Part shown: positions 1 through 8,684 of the stretch, one piece after another
Layout of the letters: each line of letters opens with the position of its first letter
Position numbering within the stretch: position 1 is the first letter of the stretch
Made by a program: the position numbers and the translations under genes
Assembly (NCBI GenBank): GCA_031364505.1
Contig: JANLWK010000085.1
Span: 1-48,602, forward strand
Length of the DNA stretch: 48,602 bases
Direction: 5' to 3'
DNA from: Candidatus Eiseniibacteriota bacterium
GTDB taxonomy: Bacteria; Eisenbacteria; RBG-16-71-46
Notes under the pieces: model-generated
What the model was told of the DNA's origin: nothing
Databases searched by the model: none
Seen by the model: the letters and a program-made list of their open reading frames with translations, nothing else

Positions 1-1
1 G

Positions 2-424
2 AGTCAGTCGGCATCGAAGCTCATCTCGGAACGAATCGCCGAGCTCGGGGACTGGCGCGGGAAGACCCTCAGCAGGATGCGCAAGCTCATCAAGGCGGCG
101 GACCCGGACGTCGTCGAGGAGTGGAAGTGGGTCAAGCCCAGCAACCCCGGCACGCCGGTCTGGTCGCACGACGGCATCATCTGCACGGGTGAGTCCTACA
201 TGGACAAGGTGAAGCTCACCTTCGCCAAGGGCGCGTCCCTGAAGGATTCGGGCCGTCTATTCAACTCGAGTCTCGACGGAAACGTGCGCCGCGCGATCGA
301 CATCCACGAGGGGGAAACGGTGGACGAGTCTGCTTTCAAGGCGCTCGTTCTCCAGGCGGTCGCGCTCAACACGGCCGGCAAGTCGACGCGTACGAAGAAA
401 GCGAAGTCGGCGGCGGCGAGCTGA
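2..424 (+). CDS. DUF1801 (YdhG-like) protein, 5' end outside window
   Basis: Frame is open from base 2: [43 protein letters not shown]...[24 protein letters not shown], typical of DUF1801. Confidence 0.85.
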   Translation, partial: SQSASKLISERIAELGDWRGKTLSRMRKLIKAADPDVVEEWKWVKPSNPGTPVWSHDGIICTGESYMDKVKLTFAKGASLKDSGRLFNSSLDGNVRRAIDIHEGETVDESAFKALVLQAVALNTAGKSTRTKKAKSAAAS

Positions 425-444
425 GCCCGTCGCGCAATGTCCCA

Positions 445-897
445 GTGAAACGTGCCTCGACGAAACCCAGGCGAGCGGCCCGCAAGCCGGCCCTCCTCGC
501 CGGCGGCAACCCGCAGATCGCGAAGGCCGACGGCGACGCCCCGGTTCGCGCGTACATCGCGGCCATGCCGGGCTGGAAGCGCGACGTGGGGCGCCGCCTC
601 GATGCGCTGATCGCGCGCACCGTCCCCCGCGTCCGCAGGGCGGTCAAGTGGAACTCACCCTTCTACGGAGTCGAGGGCCAGGGCTGGTTCCTCAGTTTTC
701 ATTGCTTCACGCGATACGTGAAGGTCACGTTCTTCCGTGGCACGTCGCTGCGTCCTGCACCGCCCGGCGCGTCCAAGCACGAGGACGTGCGCTACCTCGA
801 CATCCACGAGGACGACACGATCGACGAGAAGCGGCTGGCGAACTGGATCGGGCAGGCCGCCGCGATCCCGGGCTGGAACGGCTCATCCGGGCGATAG
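445..897 (+). CDS. DUF1801 domain protein
   Basis: LLAGGNPQIAKADGDAPVRAYIAAMPGWK...AVKWNSPFYG..WFLSFHCFTRYVKVTFFRG motifs; follows the first DUF1801 gene on the same strand. Confidence 0.85.
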   Translation: MKRASTKPRRAARKPALLAGGNPQIAKADGDAPVRAYIAAMPGWKRDVGRRLDALIARTVPRVRRAVKWNSPFYGVEGQGWFLSFHCFTRYVKVTFFRGTSLRPAPPGASKHEDVRYLDIHEDDTIDEKRLANWIGQAAAIPGWNGSSGR

Positions 898-971
898 CGG
901 ACTCCGGCTCCAAGAAACGGGCGCTCGCGCGAAAGGGCGGCGCGTCGCCGTCGAGCTTCCCGCGGTCGCTG

Positions 972-2279
972 CTACGGCGTCTGTGGGGGGCCGCGGCGCA
1001 GGGTGTCGTCACCAGGCGTCGAACTCTCCACGATGAGACGCGCCCCGTGCTGGCGCGTGACGTAGGTCCACGCCCACTGGACGAGCACGAGCAGGCGATC
1101 GCTGAACAGCGTCAGATACGTGATGTGAATGGTCGCCCACACGACCCACGCGACGAAGCCGCTGAGACGCAGCCGTCCAGCGTCCATGAGCGCATAGCCG
1201 CGGCCGATGACCGCGAGGTTGCCGGGGTCGCGGTAGCGAAACGGCGGCGACGCCCGACGGTGGCGGGCACGCCGTTCGATCACCTGTGCGACATACCGGC
1301 CCTGTTGGATGGCGACCTGCGCCACGCCGGGTAACGGCCGGCCGGCCTGATCGAGCGTCATCAGATCGCCGATCACGAACACCTCCGGATGGCCGGGCAC
1401 GGTGAGATCCGGCGCCACGCGCACGCGGCCGGCGCGGTCGACCGGCGCGCCCAGCCGCGCCGCGAGCGGGGACGGACGGACGCCGGCGGTCCAGATGACG
1501 GTGCGCGAGCGGATCCACTCGTCGCCGACGCGCACGCCGTGCTCGTTCACGTCCTGTGCCGGCGCGCTCGTCCGCACCTCGACGCCGAGTTGCTCGAGCC
1601 GGCGCTGCGCCCGCCGGGCGAGTCGCTCGTCGAATCCCGCGAGGATGCGCGGCCCCGCGTCGAGCAGCAGCACACGGGCCCGCCGTGGGTCGATGTGACG
1701 AAACTCGCGATGCAGCGTGAAGTGGCGAAGCTCGGCGATCGCCCCCGCCATCTCGACGCCGGTCGGACCGGCGCCGACCAGCACGAACGTCAGCCAACCC
1801 TCATCGTCGATCGTCGCGGGCTCGCGCTCGGCCGCCTCGAATGCCCCGAGGATGCGCGCACGCACGGCGGTGGCCTCGCCGAGAGTCTTCATGCCCGGAG
1901 CCCAGCGCCGGAACTCGTCGTGGCCGAAGTAGCTCGCCTCGGATCCGGTCGCAATCACGAGCTGGTCGTACGGTTCGAACCGAGACCCGGCGGCGAGGAC
2001 GACGCGTCGCGCCGCGAGGTCGACGTCGACGACCTCGGACATCATCACCGACGTGTTTGCCTGCCGCGACAACACCTCGCGGATCGGCGCCGCGATCTCG
2101 CCCGGCGAAAGGATCGCCGCGGCGACCTGGTAGAGCAGCGGCTGAAACACGTGATGGTTCGTGCGATCGAGCACGAGCACGTCGGCCGGCGCGTGTCGCA
2201 ACCCCTGCGCGGCGGAGAGTCCGCCGAATCCAGCTCCGACGATCACGACACGCGGACGCTCGCTGACACTTATCCCCAT
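972..2279 (-). CDS. ndh: Type II NADH dehydrogenase (NAD(P)/FAD-dependent oxidoreductase)
   Basis: VVIVGAGFGGL, HVFQPLLYQVA, second dinucleotide motif VGAGPTGVEMAG, PGVAQVAIQQG; TAGAAT lies 6 nt upstream of the ATG. Confidence 0.9.
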   Translation of the reverse strand: MGISVSERPRVVIVGAGFGGLSAAQGLRHAPADVLVLDRTNHHVFQPLLYQVAAAILSPGEIAAPIREVLSRQANTSVMMSEVVDVDLAARRVVLAAGSRFEPYDQLVIATGSEASYFGHDEFRRWAPGMKTLGEATAVRARILGAFEAAEREPATIDDEGWLTFVLVGAGPTGVEMAGAIAELRHFTLHREFRHIDPRRARVLLLDAGPRILAGFDERLARRAQRRLEQLGVEVRTSAPAQDVNEHGVRVGDEWIRSRTVIWTAGVRPSPLAARLGAPVDRAGRVRVAPDLTVPGHPEVFVIGDLMTLDQAGRPLPGVAQVAIQQGRYVAQVIERRARHRRASPPFRYRDPGNLAVIGRGYALMDAGRLRLSGFVAWVVWATIHITYLTLFSDRLLVLVQWAWTYVTRQHGARLIVESSTPGDDTLRRGPPQTP

Positions 2280-2412
2280 GCCGGCATTCTAGCCGGTCAC
2301 GACGGTCGTCGGGGTCATCGAACGCGTGTAGACTCTCGCGAATGAACGTGGATCACGGTCGATGACACCCGGCGTCCTGATGATCGTCGCGTCGATCCGC
2401 CGCTGGCATTGA

Positions 2413-3447
2413 ATGCGGGGAACCCGTCGCTTCAATGGTGGGCTGACGCGCGACGCCCATGCCGGCAGCTACCTCCAGATCCTGCTGATCTGGGCGGTGT
2501 CGACGGTGCTGCTGACGCGCGTGTCCCTGGCGCTCACCGGGTACCCGCGGTTGGGGCTGGGCGAGCTGCACGTCGCGCACGTGCTGTGGGGAGGGCTGCT
2601 CATGGTGGCGGCCCTGGCCATCCTGCTGGCGACGCTGGGGGACACGTCGCGGCGTGTCGCCGCCGCGGTGGGCGGCGTCGGCTTCGGCCTGTTCATCGAC
2701 GAATTGGGCAAGTTCATCTCGCGTGACGTCGACTACTTCTTTCAGCCCGCGGTCGCGCTGATCTACGTCGTGTTCGTCGCGTTGTTCCTGCTGTTCCGAG
2801 CGGTGGAGCGTCGCTCGCTGTCGTCCGAGTCCCTGCTGGCCAACGCGGCCAGCGAGATGACCGAGGTCGTCCTCGACGGCGCCAGCGAGGCCGAGGTCGC
2901 GCGCGCGCTGGATCTCCTGGATCGGAGCGGCGCCACCGGCCCCCTGGCCGACGGGCTGCGTGCCGCGATTGCCGGCGCCGCGGCGGCACCGGTTCGCCCG
3001 CCGTCCCTCGTGGCACGGGCAAACATGGCGATGGGCCGGCGGTACCGCCGGCTGGTCGAGTGGCGCGGGTTCCAGCGCGTGGTCGTCACGCTCCTCGTGA
3101 CCCAGGCGGTCGGCGGCGTGGCGGTGGTGGTCGCGAGCGTGATGACGACGGGGTGGAGGGAGCCGATGCCGATCTATGGTGGCGGCCGCGGGGCACTCCT
3201 CGGCGTCACGTCGTCGGTGGTGTCGCTCGTGTTCGTGATCGTCGGAACGCTGCGCTTGCCGCGCTCGCGCCTCGCCGCCTACCGCTGGTACGAGCGGTCG
3301 CTGCTGATCGCGGTCTTCGTCACCCAGGTCTCGTTGTTCTGGCAATCACAGCTCGCGGCGACCTGGATCCTCGCGTGGAACCTGCTCCTGCTCGGCGGCC
3401 TCGCGACGATGATCCGGCAGGAAATGCCGCGAACCGCGATTCAATGA
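2413..3447 (+). CDS. Conserved multi-pass membrane protein of unknown function
   Basis: 344 aa with about 8 hydrophobic segments; TGYP-x-LG..HVAHVLWGGLLM and GFGLFIDELGKFI..DYFFQP motifs. Confidence 0.75.
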   Translation: MRGTRRFNGGLTRDAHAGSYLQILLIWAVSTVLLTRVSLALTGYPRLGLGELHVAHVLWGGLLMVAALAILLATLGDTSRRVAAAVGGVGFGLFIDELGKFISRDVDYFFQPAVALIYVVFVALFLLFRAVERRSLSSESLLANAASEMTEVVLDGASEAEVARALDLLDRSGATGPLADGLRAAIAGAAAAPVRPPSLVARANMAMGRRYRRLVEWRGFQRVVVTLLVTQAVGGVAVVVASVMTTGWREPMPIYGGGRGALLGVTSSVVSLVFVIVGTLRLPRSRLAAYRWYERSLLIAVFVTQVSLFWQSQLAATWILAWNLLLLGGLATMIRQEMPRTAIQ

Positions 3448-3489
3448 TGCGAGACCATTCGAAACGATCCGAGCCTGTTCCAGCCGCGC

Positions 3490-3900
3490 GCCGAGTTCGA
3501 CGCCACCGCGAACTTCACGCTGCGCGCCAAAACCGACTACGTCCGCGGCACGCAGGATCCGAGCGACGTGCCCCTGCCGCTGATGGCGCCGCTGCGTGAA
3601 GCCGGCGGCATCGAATGGCACAGCGTGAGCCAGGCGCTCGGCCGCCGTCACGTGGGCTTCGAAGTCGAGCACTTCGACGAGCAGACCCGCCTGAACCCGC
3701 TCGACACGCCGACCGGCGCCTATTCGCTCGTGAACCTCGACGCCGGCATCGAACCCGTTCTCTTCGGCCACCGCATCGGCATCGACGTCACGGCGCTCAA
3801 TGTCGGGGACACCCAGTACAAGAGCTTCCTCAGCCGCTACAAGAGCTTCGCTTTCGATCCCGGCCGCAACGTCATCCTGCAACTGACGACGATAATGTAG
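3490..3900 (+). pseudogene. C-terminal remnant of a TonB-dependent receptor
   Basis: DYVRG...PLPLMAPLR...QTRLNPLDTPTGAYSLVNL...NVGDTQYKSFLSRYK..AFDPGRNV; only ~135 aa, with no plug domain or signal peptide. Confidence 0.7.
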
Positions 3901-3981
3901 GCTCGACCGCGCCCGAGGAGCTCCGGAGCCACATCGTTCCCGATCCCGGGAAAGTGAACCGCCACTAAGGAGGGTGCTTCG

Positions 3982-4308
3982 ATGCCGCTCTATCTATCGA
4001 GGTTCAGCTACACGCCCGAGACCTGGGCCAAGATGATCGCCAAGCCCGAGGATCGTCGTAAGGCCGCGCAGTCCTACATCGAGTCGGTCGGCGGGAAGCT
4101 GCACGGGTTCTGGTACGCCTTCGGCGCACACGACGGATACAACCTCTGGGAAGCCCCGGACAACGTGTCCATGGCCGCGGTCGCGCTGGCGATCGGCGGG
4201 GGCGGCGCGCTTCGCTCGTTCGAAACGACGGTGCTCATGACCGTCGAAGAAACGATGGATGCCCTGCGCAAGGCCGGCCAGGTCAAGTACCGGGCCCCGG
4301 GAGCGTAG
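3982..4308 (+). CDS. GYD domain protein
   Basis: MPLYLSRFSYTPETW...DRRKAA..IESVGGKLHGFWYAFGAHDG; AAGGAGG RBS upstream. Confidence 0.85.
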   Translation: MPLYLSRFSYTPETWAKMIAKPEDRRKAAQSYIESVGGKLHGFWYAFGAHDGYNLWEAPDNVSMAAVALAIGGGGALRSFETTVLMTVEETMDALRKAGQVKYRAPGA

Positions 4309-4329
4309 CGTTCGCGAGTCGCCCGACGA

Positions 4330-4359
4330 AGGGGCCGGGGCGACAGGGGCCGGGGCGAC
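4330..4359 (+). repeat. 15-bp tandem duplication with four G4 runs
   Basis: AGGGGCCGGGGCGAC x2. Confidence 0.8.
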
Positions 4360-4364
4360 GGGTT

Positions 4365-4448
4365 TCAGAACCAGTTGATGTGATACATGAACTGGATCCG
4401 GATCCCGTTCGCGTAAGACGTGAGGTCGATACCATGGACCGGCTGTGC
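4365..4448 (-). pseudogene. Possible C-terminal remnant of an outer-membrane beta-barrel protein
   Basis: Reverse frame AQPVHGIDLTSYANGIRIQFMYHINWF*, with alternating hydrophobic residues and a terminal Phe. Confidence 0.35.
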
Positions 4449-4501
4449 TACATCCGCGGTCCGGCGGGAATCATCATCGAGCGGGCGGAGCGGATCGGCT
4501 G

Positions 4502-5317
4502 ATGGCAGACCCCACGGGCGCGATCTACGACACGATCGGACGGGACTACGCGCGCGGGCGGCGCTCCGATCCGCGCATCGCCGCGCGCCTGACGACCGCG
4601 TTAGGCGATGCGCAATCGGTGCTCAACGTCGGCGCCGGGGCGGGATCGTACGAGGCGCAGGACAGGAGCGTCATCGCGGCCGAGCCGTCGACGGTCATGA
4701 TCGCCCAGCGCCCGGCGGACGCCGCGCTCGCCGTCCAGGCCCGCGCCGAGACGCTGCCGTTCCGGGACCAGTCGTTCGACGCCACGATGGCCATCCTCAC
4801 GCTCCATCACTGGGCCGACCGCGCCGGCGGACTCGCCGAGTGCGCGCGCGTGGCGCGCCGACGCGTCGTCCTGCTGACCTGGGACCCCGATGCCGACGCG
4901 TTTTGGCTCGTGCAAGACTACTTTCCGGAATTCGGCGAGGTCGACCGCCAGGTGTTCCCGGCCATGGACGCGTACACCGAGGCATTCGGGTCGGGCGTGC
5001 GTGTCGAGGTCGCGCCGGTGCCGGTCCCGCGCGACTGCATCGACGGCTTCCTGGGCGCCTACTGGGCCCGCCCCGCGGCATACCTCGATGAGGCGGTGCG
5101 ATCGAGCATCTCGTCGTTCGCGCGTTCGGACACCGAGGCCGGGCTCGCGCGCCTGCGCGAGGACCTGGCGACGGGCGCGTGGTACGCCCGGCACGGTCAC
5201 GTGCTCGCGGCGGACCAGCTGGACCTGGGCTATCGGCTGGTCGTGGCCAACGTCCCGGACCGCGCGGATTCACGGCTGGGAGCCGACCGAGCGGCTCGGC
5301 CCTTGGACATTGTATAG
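4502..5317 (+). CDS. Class I SAM-dependent methyltransferase
   Basis: YDTIGRDY..RRSDPRIA, VLNVGAGAGSYE motif I, LPFRDQSFDA, CIDGFLGAYWARP; start placed at ATG 4502. Confidence 0.88.
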   Translation: MADPTGAIYDTIGRDYARGRRSDPRIAARLTTALGDAQSVLNVGAGAGSYEAQDRSVIAAEPSTVMIAQRPADAALAVQARAETLPFRDQSFDATMAILTLHHWADRAGGLAECARVARRRVVLLTWDPDADAFWLVQDYFPEFGEVDRQVFPAMDAYTEAFGSGVRVEVAPVPVPRDCIDGFLGAYWARPAAYLDEAVRSSISSFARSDTEAGLARLREDLATGAWYARHGHVLAADQLDLGYRLVVANVPDRADSRLGADRAARPLDIV

Positions 5318-5408
5318 TCTGCACCTTGAGCTCAGGTTCAATGTTGGGCAGGCTCCCGAATGAGCGACACGTCGGGAAGGAGTCACATCATTGATGAAAG
5401 GGCCCTAG

Positions 5409-6566
5409 GTGGAACCCAAGGTCACATCGCCGTCGCTCGACTCACTCCGAGCTCGAATCGATGAACTGAACACACGACTGCTCGCATTGCTCCAGGAGCG
5501 TGCCGCCGTGGTGCTCGAGATCGCCGCCACAAAGCGGGCGCAGGGTCTCGAGGGTTACGATCCGCAACGGGAGTCCGACATGCTCCAGTCGCTGGCCCAC
5601 GGCGCGACCGGACCATTCGGCGAGGCGGAAATCAGGAGTGTGTTCCAGTCGATTTTCCGCGCCTCACGCGACCTCCAGGATCACGAGCGTCGCCGCGGAC
5701 TGCGAGTCCTTGCTCCGGATCTCGTGCGCAAGGAAGGCGTGCGCGTGGGCGACGTGTCGATCGGCGGGGGTGTCCCGGTGTTGTTCGCCGGCCCCTGCTC
5801 GGTCGAGTCGCCGGAACAAATGGAAACGATCGCGGCGTTCATCGCCCGACTACCGGTCCAGAAGATCCTGCGCGCCGGCGCCTTCAAGCCCCGCACCAAC
5901 CCGCACACGTTCCAGGGTCTGCGCGAGGAAGGACTGCGGATACTTCGTGACGTCGCCGATCGACACCGGCTGGCGGTCGTGACCGAAGTACTCGATACCG
6001 GGACGCTCGACACGGTCGCGGAAGCGGCGGACATGCTCCAGATCGGCGCCCGCAACATGTACAACACGGAGCTGCTCAAGGCCGTCGGCCGGCTGCGCAA
6101 GCCCGTGTTGCTCAAGCGCGGATTCATGGCGACACTCGACGAGCTGCTGCTGGCCGCGGAGTACATCGTGTCGCAGGGGAACACATCGGTCGTGTTGTGC
6201 GAACGGGGCATTCGCACGTTCGAGGGCCAGACGCGGTTCACGCTCGACATCTCGGCGATCCCGCTCCTGCAACAGGAGACGACGTTGCCGGTGATCGTCG
6301 ACGTGAGCCACGCCCTTGGACGGCGCGACATCCTCCTGCCGTGCGCGCGCGCCGCCATGGCGGCGGGTGCCGACGGGCTGATGATCGAGGCACACGATCG
6401 CCCCAGCGAGGCGCTGTCGGACGGATTTCAGCAAGTGCGTCTCGAGGAGCTGGCAACGATCGTCGAGGCATTGGGATGGACAGGCCGATCGAGCACATCG
6501 GACTCGAACGCGACGCAGGGTGTTGCGACCGAGCCCACGGCCGGAACAGGAGCCTTGCATGGCTGA
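5409..6566 (+). CDS. Bifunctional chorismate mutase / DAHP synthase (type I-beta, Bacillus AroA(G) architecture)
   Basis: N-terminal AroQ CM domain (LRARIDELNTRLLALLQERA..K..YDPQRE) fused to GPCSVES, RAGAFKPRT, QIGARNM, LLKRG, LCERGIRTFE, DVSH. Confidence 0.92.
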   Translation: MEPKVTSPSLDSLRARIDELNTRLLALLQERAAVVLEIAATKRAQGLEGYDPQRESDMLQSLAHGATGPFGEAEIRSVFQSIFRASRDLQDHERRRGLRVLAPDLVRKEGVRVGDVSIGGGVPVLFAGPCSVESPEQMETIAAFIARLPVQKILRAGAFKPRTNPHTFQGLREEGLRILRDVADRHRLAVVTEVLDTGTLDTVAEAADMLQIGARNMYNTELLKAVGRLRKPVLLKRGFMATLDELLLAAEYIVSQGNTSVVLCERGIRTFEGQTRFTLDISAIPLLQQETTLPVIVDVSHALGRRDILLPCARAAMAAGADGLMIEAHDRPSEALSDGFQQVRLEELATIVEALGWTGRSSTSDSNATQGVATEPTAGTGALHG

Positions 6567-7347
6567 CAAGAATGGACCCGGAACGGCCGAGGAGATCACA
6601 TCATCGCCGACGCCGCAGCAGCGCGATCAATTGTTCTCGGAGGTGCGACAGCGCATCGACGACTTCGACTTCGGCCCCAAGACGTCCATGGTGTTCGACG
6701 ACATGCTCGACCGCTCGGTCCCGTTCTACCACGAGATTCAGCGCATGGTCGCCGAAGTCGCGGTCGATTTCGCCGCCGACGGGACCAACGTCTACGACCT
6801 CGGCTGCTCGACGGCCACGACGATCATGCAGATCGGGCAGGGCCTGCCCGCCGACAAGACCGTCCGGTTCGTGGGCATCGATTCGTCCAAGGAGATGCTG
6901 GAGGTCGCCGACCACAAGCTCAACGAAGCCGGGTTCGCCGCTCCCTACACGCTGGAGCTCGGCGACCTGAACGGCCCGATCGTCATCCAGAACGCGTCGG
7001 TCGTGCTGCTCGTACTGACGCTCCAGTTCGTTCGACCCCTGTATCGCGAGCACCTGATCCAGAGCATCTACGACGGTCTCGAGCCGAACGGCTGCCTGAT
7101 CCTGGTCGAAAAGGTGCTCGGCGAGCACTCCACCTTCAACCGCCTGTTCATCAATCACTACTACGAGCTCAAGCGGCGCAACGGATATAGCCAGCTCGAG
7201 ATCGCGCAGAAGCGCGAGGCGCTCGAGAACGTGCTGATCCCGTACCGGCTCGAGGAGAACAAGGAACTGCTGCGAGGATGCGGTTTTCGCAACATCGACG
7301 TGTTCTTCAAGTGGTACAACTTCTGCGCCATGGTGGCGATGAAGTGA
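6559..7347 (+). CDS. cmoA: Carboxy-S-adenosyl-L-methionine synthase CmoA
   Basis: DFDF..VFDDMLDRSVPFY, VYDLGCST, LTLQF, LILVEK, KRRNGYSQLEIAQKREALENVL, FFKWYNF; ATG 6559 overlaps the upstream stop (ATGGCTGA). Confidence 0.9.
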   Translation: MADKNGPGTAEEITSSPTPQQRDQLFSEVRQRIDDFDFGPKTSMVFDDMLDRSVPFYHEIQRMVAEVAVDFAADGTNVYDLGCSTATTIMQIGQGLPADKTVRFVGIDSSKEMLEVADHKLNEAGFAAPYTLELGDLNGPIVIQNASVVLLVLTLQFVRPLYREHLIQSIYDGLEPNGCLILVEKVLGEHSTFNRLFINHYYELKRRNGYSQLEIAQKREALENVLIPYRLEENKELLRGCGFRNIDVFFKWYNFCAMVAMK

Positions 7348-8144
7348 ACGTCGATCCCGTGCGCACGGAAGGCCTGCCGGCGGCGGGGGTGCCGGATCGA
7401 CACGCGGCCGCGCCGAACGTGGCGGTTCGCGTCGGCAACGTCTTGTTCCACTACCGAAACGGCTTGTTCCCGATCACGTTTCTGGTGCTGGCGCTCGCAT
7501 CGCGCCCGCTGCTGTTCGGCGGCAGCCTGCGATCGGATGCCGTGCTCGACGCGGTCGGGCTGGCCGTCGCGCTGTGCGGTCAGGTGCTGCGGGCCATCGT
7601 GATCGGGCTCGCGTACATCGTCCGAGGCGGCAAGAATCGCCGCATCTACGCCGAGGATCTCGTGACCGACGGCTGCTTCGCGCACTCACGGAATCCGCTG
7701 TATCTGGGGAACATGCTCGTCTATCTCGGGCTGTTCGTGATCCTCAATTCGGTGGTCGGCTACGCGGTGGGTGTCCCGTTCTTCCTGATCGCCTACCTCT
7801 GCATCACCGCGGCCGAGGAGGACTACCTGCGCCGCCAATTCGGAGCCGCCTACGAGGCATACTTCCAGCAGGTGCCTCGCTTCATTCCCAGGCTGCGCGG
7901 CATCCGCGAGACGATGCGTGGCATGCGTTTCAACTGGCCGCGGCTGATCCGCAAGGAATACGGCGCCGCGTTCTCGTGGATGACGACCGCACTCGCGATC
8001 ATCTACTGGGAGTGGTACCGCGAGCGCGGTGCGGCCGGCTCCACGACCGTACTCGTGACCGTGCTGGCGGTGTGGACCGTGCTGCTGGTCGCGTACCTCG
8101 CCGCCCGCCATCTCAAGAAGACCAGGCGCCTGCACTCGGACTGA
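7344..8144 (+). CDS. ICMT/PEMT-family integral membrane methyltransferase, LmtA (lipid A phosphate methyltransferase)-like
   Basis: GNVLFHYR, LVTDG-F-HSRNPLYLGN, AEEDYLRRQFG.AY..Y...VPRFIP, IRKEY, KKTRRLH; GTG start overlaps the cmoA stop (GTGA). Confidence 0.8.
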   Translation: MNVDPVRTEGLPAAGVPDRHAAAPNVAVRVGNVLFHYRNGLFPITFLVLALASRPLLFGGSLRSDAVLDAVGLAVALCGQVLRAIVIGLAYIVRGGKNRRIYAEDLVTDGCFAHSRNPLYLGNMLVYLGLFVILNSVVGYAVGVPFFLIAYLCITAAEEDYLRRQFGAAYEAYFQQVPRFIPRLRGIRETMRGMRFNWPRLIRKEYGAAFSWMTTALAIIYWEWYRERGAAGSTTVLVTVLAVWTVLLVAYLAARHLKKTRRLHSD

Positions 8145-8193
8145 AGGCGGGGTGGACGTTACTCTGCGAGAAAGCGGTACGCGGTGCTTGGAA

Positions 8194-8610
8194 TCACGCG
8201 TCCTGGAGCCGGGCGCCGTGATGCCGAAATGCCACCCGGCCAGCCGCCACGCATTTCACCGCATCGATCACGTCCTGTGGATCGCCGCCCTTCCGGACCC
8301 ACCCCCAAGCCCCAACGTCCATGGCCTCCTCAATGAGCGTCAAATCATCAAAATCGCTGTAGATGATGGTTCGCACATTGGGGAACTTGGAGGCGAGCTG
8401 GCGAGTCGCGTCGATCCAATCCTTGCCCGGCATTCTTGGGCCGAGGAGAAGAACGTCTGGGAGGAGCGCTCGAACCTTGTCGGAGAGATCGAAGGAGCCG
8501 GCCTGGGATCCGACGTAGTCGATGCTCGCCTCGGCGGACATGACGTAGCTCAAAAGTTCGCCGACGTCAGGACTGTCGTCCACGACCAAGACGCGAATCG
8601 CCCTGTTCAT
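8194..8610 (-). CDS. Stand-alone NarL-like receiver-domain protein (atypical)
   Basis: IRVLVVDD...PDVLLLGPRMPG...GAWGWVRK; no HTH; phospho-acceptor position is Gly. Confidence 0.7.
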   Translation of the reverse strand: MNRAIRVLVVDDSPDVGELLSYVMSAEASIDYVGSQAGSFDLSDKVRALLPDVLLLGPRMPGKDWIDATRQLASKFPNVRTIIYSDFDDLTLIEEAMDVGAWGWVRKGGDPQDVIDAVKCVAAGRVAFRHHGARLQDA

Positions 8611-8684
8611 GAACTCACTATGCGCCTTTCGACCGGCGCGATCAATGACTTTTAGATGCGCGCAAGGTGCTGGCGCATCGGCAG

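Noticed and set aside
4502-5317. Upstream SAM methyltransferase as a CmoB substitute within the cmoA operon
   Set aside because: It lacks CmoB features, belongs to a common stand-alone family and is separated by ~90 bp containing promoter-like TATAGT; a link is not supported, though not excluded.
5245-5345. Integron attC-like site after the methyltransferase
   Set aside because: No clear RYYYAAC...GTTRRRY paired ends and no intI in the window.
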